DNA from: Basidiobolus meristosporus CBS 931.73
Lineage: Eukaryota; Fungi; Basidiobolomycota
Assembly (NCBI GenBank): GCA_002104905.1
Contig: MCFE01000713.1
Coordinates: 1-42,768 of the forward strand
Direction: 5' to 3'
Length of the DNA: 42,768 bases
Shown here: positions 32,041 through 42,768 of the stretch, piece after piece
Numbering within the stretch: the stretch's first letter is position 1
Layout of the letters: the number at the start of each line of letters is the position of its first letter
Position numbers and translations under genes: made by a program
Notes under the pieces: model-generated
The model's input: the letters and a program-made list of their open reading frames with translations, nothing else
Told to the model about the DNA's origin: nothing
Databases searched by the model: none

Positions 32041-33395
32041 TCATTCTTTACCCTGTAAGTAAGTGAGTCGTTCATAGAATGTAGAGCAATGTGCTTGAAT
32101 TTCTGGTTTGAGAGACTCGTCAACTTTTGTTTGTTTATGCTGGACCTGGTTTGCCTGCTGTTGGTGCAAGAACTCCTGATAGTCCTTTGGCAGAGGGATG
32201 TTTAGTTTTGTGCAAATTTTGGATATGGCCTCTGGGATATTTTCAAACAGCTTGGCGAACTCGATGATCTGTACATGGCTTTTCTGATTTAGCAATCTCG
32301 TTATGTACTGAAGCTCCTCTTCGTGGGCACGATAGAAATAGCTCAGCATGATACTCCTGAATTCAGGCTTTGTAAACGGATCGTAATGGGTTGTGTGGAT
32401 GCTTATGCCTGAAAACAGCTTGACTAGGCTCGGTATGCTCTCTTCCGGCTGTCTGTAGATAAAAACAAATCTTGCGTCCGGATAGATCTCTTGAATTAGC
32501 TCGTATTCCCCCGTCCAGCACATGACCCATTTTGCCATGTATATGGACTGCGCGTTGCCCCGCTTATACAAGATTTTCTGGATCAATTTGCGATGGAAGT
32601 CGAACAACCTGGTGCGTAGGGACTTGTCTAATGAACGGAAATTCAAGAAATTGTTCATGCACTCAGGCGATGGGTATTGCTGGTATTGCGCAGCGGAGAA
32701 AGAGAAGTGGAACATAAAAGCGATGTCGTCTTCTTCCCAGTTATCCATATTCATCGGATGCATTTTGCTCACCTCGTCAAGTCCACTGGGAAGGGGATCA
32801 AAAAACGCTCGCAATCTGTTGTGGAAAAACCTCTCATCATACTGGCTGAAATACTCGGCTACGTATTGCACCCATAGAATCGGATAGGAGATTTCCCATA
32901 GAGTCAGTGCTACCACATGCTGTTCGTTGGATGCTAGGAAGTCCAATAGCTTGGTAGTGCCTGAACGAGGCTGTCCCAGAATAAACACAGGCTGGTTGAT
33001 TCTGGCCAAGTGATAGAGCGGAAACAGAATCTCGTCAATCCACCATGCAATGTTCATCGCTGGGTGCTTGATGCAGAAATTGTAGAACAACCGTGCGAGC
33101 CCACCAGTTCTACATGGGGCATGCACAGTGAGTACTTTCATCCTGTTCCAAGTAAACATGCTAAATACCTTATGTGTAAAGGAAGTGATGTGTCAGTCAA
33201 CGAATTCTTGATGTAGGTCCAAGCATATGGACCCAGCCAGAAAGGCGCAAAAAATGGAGAAATCAGATAAAAGGCAAGTAACCAGGTGGTCCAGCCAAGC
33301 CAATACACTACACTCCATAGAAGCAGCACGGGGCACACCAGAGACGTGAGTTGGTTGGCTATAAGGTCCGACCGCATGTTGGTGGATGAGCTCAT
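32041..33395 (-). CDS. PAPS-dependent sulfotransferase (Sulfotransfer_3-like, 431 aa) with N-terminal membrane segments; exons 33395-33169 and 33109-32041
   Basis: 5'-PSB loop FILGQPRSGTT and 3'-PB-like FIYRQPEESIPS. A 59-nt intron at 33168-33110 (GTATTT...TACTCAC...TAG) joins the two track ORFs in frame (HIR|TGGLAR). TATATAA lies ~45 bp upstream. Confidence 0.88.
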
Positions 33396-36026
33396 ATTAA
33401 CCAGCAGGGATGTAAGTGAGTAAGGCGAGGTTGGCTAATTATATATAGCCAAAAACTGAGAATATTGCGTAATATTGGGTAATCAAAAACGACACGTTTG
33501 CCACCTGAGAATCCGGTCAGCACATGGAGCTTCGAAATGGAGTGAAACAACCCCTAATCCATCAAGAATGAAGATCGCCGAGTTTGCTACTTCGTTAAGC
33601 GATCAGCATTGTTCTCATGGCCTCCTGCATACTTGATGGCATAGCTTTACTCATTCCTATCATTTTAAACACATCACACTGTTGTTGATGGGGCATCGTT
33701 GAGCAGATGCTTTCCTCTGGCCATGTAGCTATTTGCTTCTCAACACAATGATGCTACCACTAATTTGGCTTGATATCCGGATATACGGGGCAGCTCCCAA
33801 ATTAGTATGCCGAAATTGCCAAAGCTCGCTAATGTATTGACCTTCCAGGCCTCAATGCCGTTACAAGTCTCGATCTGGAAATGTAAATCCTTGACCAGTT
33901 GATTAGAGCGGACTCGGATGGCGTAAACTGATTGGCTTTGTTCAAGATATGGCGTTGTTTAAGCACCAATATTTGTGTACCGAGTTTAGATATAGGTTGG
34001 CGATTGTCACATTGTCCGCTTGAAGCTTGGCTATTGGCATACGAATAAGATGTGCTGAATTTTATTGTGTCATTGTCACACACAAACGTTGCTTGCACAA
34101 GCATAGAACAAGGTTTAAAGAATATCCACGTTAAATGAGTATAATTTGCTTCTATAACGTTGTTGGTATAAAATCATCGAGTTGGTTGATGAAATTAATC
34201 CGATTTGCAGTGACAATGCGTGAAATATTAGATGATGGATATTGCATGGACCTGTGGGACTCCTTTAAACCAGGCTGAACTGGGGCTAAATACTAATTCG
34301 GGTATCTCCCATTTATCCTCCTCAACTGAATTCTCTAACGTCGCTATTGTTGAGAATAGAAAGGCTAATTTGTAGAGATCGGGTCTAAAAATAAACCAAC
34401 CTTTGTGCAAACGTTGCTACTGCAGGGACGGGGATTTTGCTTGTTGCCTTGGGTGCAGTCATTCAAATGAAACCAGCATGCAAAGGGAACGTCGATCTAC
34501 TAGTTGGGACAAACAGAACAATGCCAATGACTACCAGGCACTTCATAAGCTTCAAACCTTAATAGCGTACTCCGTCCCTGATGGCCTTTCTTTTCTCTCC
34601 TTCAGATGAATTGCTTCGGACACCATTCAGACCATTTAAATTCAGTCACTTGTGATACAGTTGTACGGTTCACACGAATAGATCTATATAGGGTTACAAG
34701 GGGCTATGACACTTGTTGACTAATCTATCGATATTGGCCAAGTTACAACTTGACCAAATAAGACGCCTTTCCTATCCTGCTCCTTTGATCCCAGTTCAAA
34801 CCAATGTTACCATTGATACCAGTGTAGCAGTTGCCAGGTTTGCACACAAAACCCTTTATGACCATCATACCACAATCGCACGCCACAACGAATAGTTATA
34901 GGAAGGTGATTCCGAGTTAGAGGTCATCTTGCCATAGTGATGCATTGTGAATCCAGATATATCAGCTCTTGAAATAAGGCCATTTCAACCATTGAATGCC
35001 ATGCCAATCCCTCCCACCGCCCATTGCACCCTCATTCCTTGGAATTTTTCCGACCCGACCGTTTCACCGCTCGATCAGATTCTAGTCCACATGGTCATTC
35101 TGGGATATTTCCACTAGTGGTTTGTTTCTCACCAGCTACAACTCCATTGCGCCTCTTGAATATACGAGATGCTCCTGGGGTTATTCATCACATGGCTTCC
35201 CACAGACTCATTCTTTAATTAGGTTGCAGTCGATACATGTGCCATTGTGATTCAGCCACTATTGAGGTGGACTTGGGCCCAACTCCAAGGCTGACCGAAG
35301 GGCTGCTGCCACACGCATGCCGACCGCCCCATATAAACCAACAATCTACGACATATCGGCAATCTCATCCGACTGAACAATACAATCAGATGTATAACAT
35401 GGAAGCTCGCCCTTCCTGAGCAACCAATGCGAATACGAAGCGACAATTTTAGGTTGTATCATTTTGCTCAAGCTCCACAGGTGCCATGGCGAGATTCGTG
35501 ATTTTGCGGGTTTGTAGAGTAATATTGTGTAAGTGACACAAGAGCCTCACAGTGTCTCGTGTGTGGATAGGAAATATTGAGAATTGCTCCAATATGGGCT
35601 TCGAAAATCTGCTCTTACTAAATACCAAATTGGTGCCACCGAGTCCATGGCACAATATATATCTTCGAAATCATGAAGTTGACCTTGGATGTTTGTACAA
35701 CGATCGATTTCACGTATCACCATTCCTCCAAAATAGAGCTCTGCTCTTTGTGCAGATGGCCTTTATTCTCCTATACCTCCTACCACTGTAGCCATCATCA
35801 GGCATCAAGGGCTATGGTTGCCGAGTAGGAACACCAAAAATTTTAAGCTAGGTGTTCGTCAGGAGAGTTTCCCATCAATCTATTTCTGGATCAAGATCCG
35901 ATCAATCTTCAGGTATATAACAGACTCAGGCAGCGGCATTGCTGCCCAACTTCCCTCAGTTTCAGTCTCAGTCCACTGAACCCTTGGAAGTATCTGCTCT
36001 TGTCTTCCTTTTGTTGCACTTAACGC

Positions 36027-37865
36027 ATGTCGACCATAACTCACTGCAAGTCAAAGGTGTACATCCCCGATGAGCAGACGCCTCTTCTCCCAAAGAGCCT
36101 CATCGACGATGTGCCAAGCTATCCCAATTTCAACATCTGGTGGTCCGAATTCTGCTTGCTTGTAAAATCCTCGACCCCGGTAGTCTTGACCTATATGCTC
36201 CAGAACTCCATTCAGCTGGCCAGTATTTTCTCCTTGGGGCATTTGGTAAGCTTTCTGCTCGGCTTGATTCAAGTGTGCGTTCTATTGACCCATCTCTTGT
36301 TCTTAGGGATCAAATGGTACATACGATCTGGTTTCAAGTCAAATATTGCCGTTTTAACATCTCTATTTAGAGCTTGCGGTTGCTGCACTGGCAAATATGT
36401 TTGCTTCTGTCACTTGCTGGTCTGTCTCCATCGGCATTTCCACTGCCCTGGATACACTTGGAAGTCAAGCATATACTGGCTCCAATGATCCTCATGCATT
36501 AGGTGTATATCTTCAAAGGGCCATAGGGATTATGTCCATAATCTTCGTACCTATCTCCTTTTTGTGGTGGAATGCGGAATACCTGCTGCTCTGGTTACGC
36601 CAGGATCCTGAGCTGGCTGCCCTTGCAGGCCAGTTTTTGAGGTACCTTTTGCCAGGGGCATTCCCATTTGTATGCTTCGAATGCGTCAAGAGATATTTAC
36701 AAGCGCAAGGTAAGGCAGCGGATATTATCTGCAGTGTTGTGGTGATTCTCACTAATCAACCCTGCGCCCAGGCATTATGCATGCTAGCACATATGTTCTA
36801 CTCATCGCTAGTCCATTGAACGCACTTACCAATTATCTGTTCGTCTGGAGAGAGCCATTCAAGCTTGGCTTTATTGGTGCACCCTTGGCCACTTCCTGTA
36901 CATATGGCATCATGCTGCTACTGCTTGTACTATACGTGAAGTTTGTTGCCGGTGGAGATGCTTGGGGTGGTTGGAGCCGCAAGGCATTGCAAGGATGGTT
37001 GCCTTTCTTGAAACTTGGTAAGATTCCCACAGATATTAGATTTCCTCAGGCTGGGAATTAATCAATTTATTTCGTTCCAGCATTCCCAGGCACGATTATG
37101 ATTTGCTGCGAATGGTGGGCTTTCCAGGTATCTGGTTTGGCCGCAGCGTACTTTGGTACAGTTGCATTAGCGGCTCAGTCTATTCTCTTGACTAGCTCCT
37201 CTTTGTGCTTCACCATACCAATGGGTAAGCCGAGCTGAGTTCGTGCATCTAAATCACCCAACTAACCACAGGTATCGAAACGTTCTAGGGATCAGCATCG
37301 CCTCCAGTAATCGTGTAGGGAATTTGTTAGGGTCTGGCCGTCCAAACCATGCCAAATTAGCTGCATATTGCTCATTGATCCTGGCATTTTTGTTCGGGTC
37401 GCTCAATTCTACCGTGTTGTTCTCCCTTCGCAATGTATGGGGATATCTTTTTAACGATGATGAGAAAGTGGTTTCACTGGTGGCTCAGGTGTTACCCATT
37501 AGTGCGATGTTTCAGGTTCGCTTAATGATCAGGTGTCATTTTAATATCACATCTACTAATACAGCCTGATCTAGATCTTCGACGGACTTGGTGGGGTTAC
37601 TGGAGGTGTTTTACGCGGGCAAGGCAAGCAGGAGATTGGGGCTTATGTCAACATCGCGGCATATTACCTGATTGCACTGCCCATTGGTTACTGGCTTGTG
37701 TTTGTTCGGGACGGAAGCTTGCCAGGTATATGGTCTGCCTTCTTGATAGCACTTTTCGGTGTATCAGTTGGCCAGCTAACCTCTATACTTCGCACCAACT
37801 GGATAGAAGAGGTTCGGAAGAGCAAGGAGAGAGTCAAGATCGAGAGCGACTCCGAGACCTTGTAA
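36027..37865 (+). CDS. MATE-family efflux transporter (491 aa); exons 36027-36245, 36307-36316, 36371-36709, 36772-37017, 37081-37224, 37289-37515, 37575-37865
   Basis: Six GT-AG introns of 54-64 nt give a continuous frame. Motifs: GHLGSNELAVAALANM, STALDTLGSQAYTG, YLQAQG, CCEWWAFQ, SNRVGNLLG, QIFDGL...GVLRGQGKQ..GA.VNI.AYY. Confidence 0.92.
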
Positions 37866-40133
37866 ATCTGATCACCTGCTTCTGCTACTTACTATTATAG
37901 ATCTCTGCCAAGTTGCTTGCTCACTTTCATCTCGCCTTCTCTTCAGTACCCATCCGCTAGAGCGAATTCTGATCTAAATTCCCACACATTGCGAAACCCG
38001 GCATTGTTGGTTAAGCACCTTTAATATGCACGGTCAGGTTGTAGTCATATACCAAACTAAAGCGATCGACCCTTGCCTTCTCTCACAGTCGACAGTCATA
38101 TCTCCTAATGACCCTTACCTTACCCTATATAACTTTACTTCTGTCTACGCGAAATGTTAATATCTAGTCCCGAAGCATTCATTGCTGCCTCACTATCAAT
38201 AAATTCTCCTTCCACAGTCGGCGTGATTAAGTGGATGCATTGTTATCGTTGGATTCACCTTGGTAGGGTGGATCAGCCTAACCATATGGGGTTCTAGGAT
38301 AGCCACTGGCCTATTAGAGCATGCAGGCTTATATGAGTCTGCCTGCACAAGCAAATTGAGTCGCGCTGGATAGATACATGAGGAGGTGGAATTAGAATTC
38401 CCATTTGGGGCTCTTTTGTTTATGCAGGTGTAGTCAAGTTGTCAACCGGCACCGGCACCTATACACAGCCTGAGTCATCATTTTGATTAAATTCATTTTA
38501 CTTGTTAACCCATCGCCGTTGGAACAGCCGACATAAATGCTAGCAGGGAGAGTTGGGCATCATGTTTGGTAACATGGAGTTATGATCGTATATGGAATGT
38601 TTGCGCCCACGCTACGGAGCACGAAACATTGCTATGATGGACACGCGATTCACAAGCGCACATTCACCAGCTATTGAATCAGAATGACTTGCTGCTGGTC
38701 ATAGTCAGTACTCTGCATTGCAGAAAACCCCACGCTGAGCCTATCTTCCGCGTGTGAGCCCTGTTGACATTTTCAATTTAGAATCTTCGAGGGGTTCTAC
38801 GGTTTCGAGATAGCGGCACATTCCATATACGCCAGGCGATAGAGACAAACCACACTCTACTAGAAAAGAGGTGGCTAACCTCAGTAACCCATCTGTCCAT
38901 CATGTCATGCCAATTCCCATGCAGTCAACTTCATAGACTATCGTGGAGAATCCCTGAGCACATCCATTTGATTTGTCGATCATGTGATCTGCAGATGGAT
39001 GGGTTATTTGCTAGTAATTCACTAGTACGATAACTGGTGTCCAGCGGAATTGTTAAATGTGAAATATGCGCCACCTAGCACCGGTTTCATCCAGGTGGGA
39101 CCCAACCTTGGGTCACATGAGCGTAAGCAACTCTTTTGATATTGTGTGATTTCTGGGGCTATATCGAATACTTGGGATATCAATCATCTGACAATGGCAT
39201 GCGTCACGGTTAGTGCATCAGTGTCGATTCCACGCTTTCAAGAGTGATTGCAGTACTATTCATAGGGATTTATTCTCCTCCCGTTTGATTGATGCTGATG
39301 GGAGGGGGGACGGTGCTTTGGGTATACTAACGATGAAGTAGCATTGTTGAGCTGATACCCGTTTCATGACCCCATTTAATCCGTAATAGTTGAGTTTTGA
39401 TATTTATTTGTATATGAAGAAGTATATAGAGCGAAATATACCAATTATCTGAATAGTAATAGGAAATAGTATATTCTTTTTGCGCTACCTCTAGCCTTAC
39501 ATTATGCAAATCGTCTCCATGTTGGTTGAGACCAGTTGGAGCCCTTAGAATCCGTACGAGTTAACCATCAGTGACTTCATGCTTATTAGCCAGAGTGAAG
39601 CAGCATGAGTATATCGACAAATGTCAGTTCAAGCAGTTCCCAAATTCTTGTAAAGTGCACCAAGAAGTACCTTTCATATCGTCTACTCCTTCTAGAAATA
39701 ATAGGTTCAGCATTTATCTTAGTCATATTCTTTGGACAAAGTACTTCCTATGTTGTGCCATTATTGTTTAGTCACCTATAACTATTTCTGCAAGCCGTTC
39801 ACTGATTCTTGGAAATAGTGGAAGTAGCTAAGTTTTTCATATAACTCCAAAGGGCCTGACCTATGCTATGAAGTTTACATGGCACAATAAATAATATAGG
39901 TCAACTTAATACCAACAAAGCCGCGAAGCAATATTTTTTATGACAGTATTCCAAGTTGCTTCTAGGTACTTGATGCCGCTTTCAGTATAACAAACTACGC
40001 AGATACACTTTGATGGTGTAGGAAAGATATACTGCAGTATTGGAGAAGCAGTGTGTGTGAACTGAAATGCTCTATGACCCAAGGTGTAGTATTGGATAAC
40101 AGGTGGTGTTGTAGGGTATTTGCCTGGAGTATC

Positions 40134-40285
40134 TGTTAGGAATTTTGAAATTACACCTTAATATTGCATTAACCTACATTATAGCCTAGGAATGTTAGAA
40201 TATCTTGTCAGATTCTTTGTTGGGACTTATTTTAACTTAGCACAATGTTAGGTACCCAGAACATGAAAAATCCCAAGGTTGTCAG
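40134..40285 (+). repeat. 5' part of a related copia-type LTR, cut by the copy C LTR
   Basis: Starts TGTTAGG. Shares CACC(T)TAATATT, CTTTGTTGGG and GGTACCCAGAACATGAA blocks with the copia LTR. Confidence 0.55.
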
Positions 40286-40790
40286 TGTTGTAAGAGTCTT
40301 AGAGATATTGGAAGTCATTGGGAGAGCAAGTAGATTATATGGTTTTCACTTAATGATTTATTAAATGTAAAAGTAGTGCTAATACTTTTACATGGTCTTG
40401 GCATAACAGGCACATAGGATAGGTTAAGAAAAGTCCCAAGAACATGTGTGCAAAGTTTGGGCAGTTTGGACAACTTGTCTAATATTCATGTTCTGGATAC
40501 CTGATATTTTGGTGAAAATATTCCAAGAAAACCCCAACAGAGCATTGAGTCAGTATTCTCTAAGATTTGCAGGTAATGATCCAAGTGACTAAGTTAGTTG
40601 AATATTTAGGTGGACTTACAAATTTTGACAACACTCCCACTCAACTAAATGTTCATACTGACTAGTCCTAACTGTGACCTAAGATATTCAAATTTGTCTC
40701 TAGCAAGTAGTTTGGTAAATGTGACTGCAATCATTGCATTTGCAGGACAATAAACTAACCCTGTGAAAAATTATTGTAAAGAACCCATCA
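40286..40790 (-). mobile_element. Copia copy C, 3' end: RNase H C-terminus, polypurine tract (40644->40634) and 3' LTR (40633->40286)
   Basis: Minus strand encodes VYCPANAMIAVTFTKLLARDKFEYLRSQLGL*, then TTGAGTGGGAG|TGTTG...CAACA. LTR is colinear with copies A and B. Confidence 0.85.
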
Positions 40791-41269
40791 AAAGGCTGTC
40801 ACAAACTTAAAGTCCCATGACTAAGAGGTACTGATCCCATCAGGACACTGTCCAGAGACTGTTGAAAAATAATTGCACCCCAGATTTCACAAAGAACTTA
40901 GTCAAAATTTTTCATCACAACAATACATAAGTGGCTTTTGATTGGTTCCCTGCCAATTTGCTCACTTTCTGATCCCAGACACTCTATCACCTCCTATGTG
41001 TGTGTGAACTGATTGGTTATTGCCTCTTTTTCACCCTCCTTACTTCCTGACTTAACTGTTTCTCTTACTTTTTATGCATACAAATTGATTTATTTCCATT
41101 GAAACTTTAGTTGTACCTCAATTGCCAATTGTATTGACCTATACAAGTCCCTATACCCTACACTACCATCAAGCCCCACCCAACAATCAACAAGTAACTC
41201 CATTAAAATCCATCACTCAATAAGTATATCTGCTATAACACTCTGGTTCCACAACTTTGGTGGGAACCC

Positions 41270-41970
41270 AACGGCTTTATGCCACTGTTTGTTCACTGGT
41301 TCCCACATGTCCTGGTCTTCAGCTGGCACTGCAAGGTCTAGCTCCTCATCTGCTGTCTTTGCAATAAATCCTTGCAATATTCAAGTGCGTTTTCTTGAGT
41401 ACTGCTCTTGAAGAAGTGCTGCAACCTCTTGGTGTGCCTATTAATGTTCCAAAATTCCACTGAAGGCATTGTTATAGTCTTTCAAGTTCTTGATGTTGTA
41501 GTCTTGTCTGTCAGTGGGATCTCCACTCTGTCAACAATGGAGGGCATGGAGGCTGTTGTAGACAAATTTCCTTTTCTGCAAACTCATCTACCTTGCTGGA
41601 GTGTAGCTCAACTGGCTGTGCTTCCAGCTCTTGTGAAAGCTGCTGTTTTCTTGTTGGTAATTCTTCTTGTCTATGATAGGATTTAGTCTGTTCCAGGCTA
41701 GTGGTGTTAATTGGCAAGAACTGGAGTTTTTTTGCATGCCTCCCTGTCCCAGGCTTAGGTAGACATTTTTCCCTTGACCTTTTCCATTATCACTGCCAGG
41801 TCTCTCAATATTACTTTGTCTGAGTGCCTCCTGTAACAAACTATGTTTTCTCCTTGATAAATTCTGCTCTGACACATCTGTTTTGGCCTGCTTGTCCCTT
41901 GCTGGCAATCTTCTGGCAACCTGATGTTTCTTTCCTGCTTGTTTTGAGCTCTTGTTGTGCATCAACATTT
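41270..41970 (-). pseudogene. CACTA-associated ORF2 relic, copy 4 (continues at 42631-42768)
   Basis: Colinear with 8990-9700 and with the reverse complement of 15400-16050. 42640-42768 matches the ORF2 internal repeat unit. Confidence 0.7.
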
Positions 41971-42089
41971 AAAACTTAGCCAATTTCACTCCTTTAGAAA
42001 ATCTGGCACCCTAACTGATTTTCCCTAACCCAAACATAACTAATCCCTGTTATGGCTTATTTTATCACTTCTCAGAAGCTATTTTTAGC

Positions 42090-42630
42090 TGTCACACCTT
42101 ATCAATTATCATGTGGTCATTATGTCTTCAACTGAACTGCTAAGCCTTTCCAAAGGATTAGTCATCCGAGATCTATCCAGCCACTCAATAGTTGTCAAGA
42201 CCCCAGCTGATTAATGATGCAATTTTTCATTTATCTTATGCACCTATCAACACCCCAACAGATTTCAATTAGTCCAGTCTCTTGGCACTTACTAATTCAA
42301 CTTGATCAGAAAAATATAAACAAACATTATTGAACCTATTGGTTTAGTGTGTGTCTCAACAAAATTAAGATTGTGCCTCAGCAAAATTAAGAATTCAACA
42401 ATTCTGTTCTAGTTTCTGCCCAAGCCTAGCATATCTAGTACCCCAAGAGCACCAAGCCTAGCTTGCATAGCAAACCAACTCTGTTGCCTTTATAGCCCAA
42501 CTCAGCTATATACAAGACCAATATTAGACTAGAATCTCATTGCTGATATTTCTGTCACTCTTGACAATTCTAAGATTCTGCACTTAGTTGTCACTTAGGT
42601 TCAGTTAACTCATTCAAGAGTTTTGTTACA
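42090..42630 (-). repeat. Putative LTR inserted in ORF2 relic
   Basis: Non-ORF2 sequence that starts TGTAACA (42630) on minus, contains TATA-like motifs and has a possible end TGTGACA at 42090. No TSD found, so the end is uncertain. Confidence 0.35.
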
Positions 42631-42768
42631 CTTTTCTCTTGGATACAACAGCTCTCAACTGTAGTTGTGATGGGCTCCTGTAAAAGCTGCTGGTTTTTAT
42701 CACTGCCAGGTCCTTCACTGCTACTTTGACTGAGTGCATCTTGAGTGGTACTATGCTTTTTCCTTGGT

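Noticed and set aside
33400-35950. Hidden gene between the sulfotransferase and MATE genes
   Set aside because: One minus-strand frame (~35740-35350) has a single stop, but no family is recognisable and no splice model fits. Treated as intergenic or an unidentifiable relic.
40286-40633. LTR C as a solo LTR
   Set aside because: No TSD (GTCAG versus CTCCC), and it is preceded by a PPT and RNase H tail, so it is a 3' LTR.
40800-41260. Gypsy protease/RT relic (LLVDC..., GAIIF)
   Set aside because: Motif resemblance is too fragmentary to support without a profile search.
1-42768. tRNA or rRNA genes
   Set aside because: No cloverleaf with A/B boxes or rRNA-like sequence was seen by eye; a tRNAscan-SE/Infernal run would settle it.

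Overview
Eukaryotic, fungal-type DNA: introns are 54-64 nt GT-AG with CTAAC/CTAAT branch points. The gene families suggest an early-diverging fungus (my guess is Basidiobolus-like; unverified). There are three compartments. (1) ~1-19,100 is a nested, almost CpG-free transposon graveyard of CACTA/EnSpm-like relics, Ty1/copia (Hemivirus-type PBS) and Ty3/gypsy (tRNA-Lys PBS) pieces, plus a 735-bp foldback repeat. (2) ~19,100-40,000 is a CpG-normal gene island: a tubby/LURP-like hypothetical gene, three 7TM-RGS receptor paralogs, a GPI-anchored Cys-rich surface protein, a guanine deaminase with a clear signal peptide, a membrane-anchored sulfotransferase and a 7-exon MATE exporter with a 10-nt microexon. 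(3) ~40,000-42,768 is CpG-depleted transposon debris again. Three observations stand out. The guanine deaminase appears secreted and sits head-to-head with a 7TM-RGS receptor. One receptor paralog is a chimeric 3TM-RGS gene, made by gene conversion plus an in-frame loss of TM4-7 that keeps RGS cytosolic. The island is laid out as divergent gene pairs, suggesting a sensing/scavenging/detox cluster. All counts and identities were done by eye and TE relic boundaries are approximate. No CRISPR array, rRNA or tRNA gene was seen.
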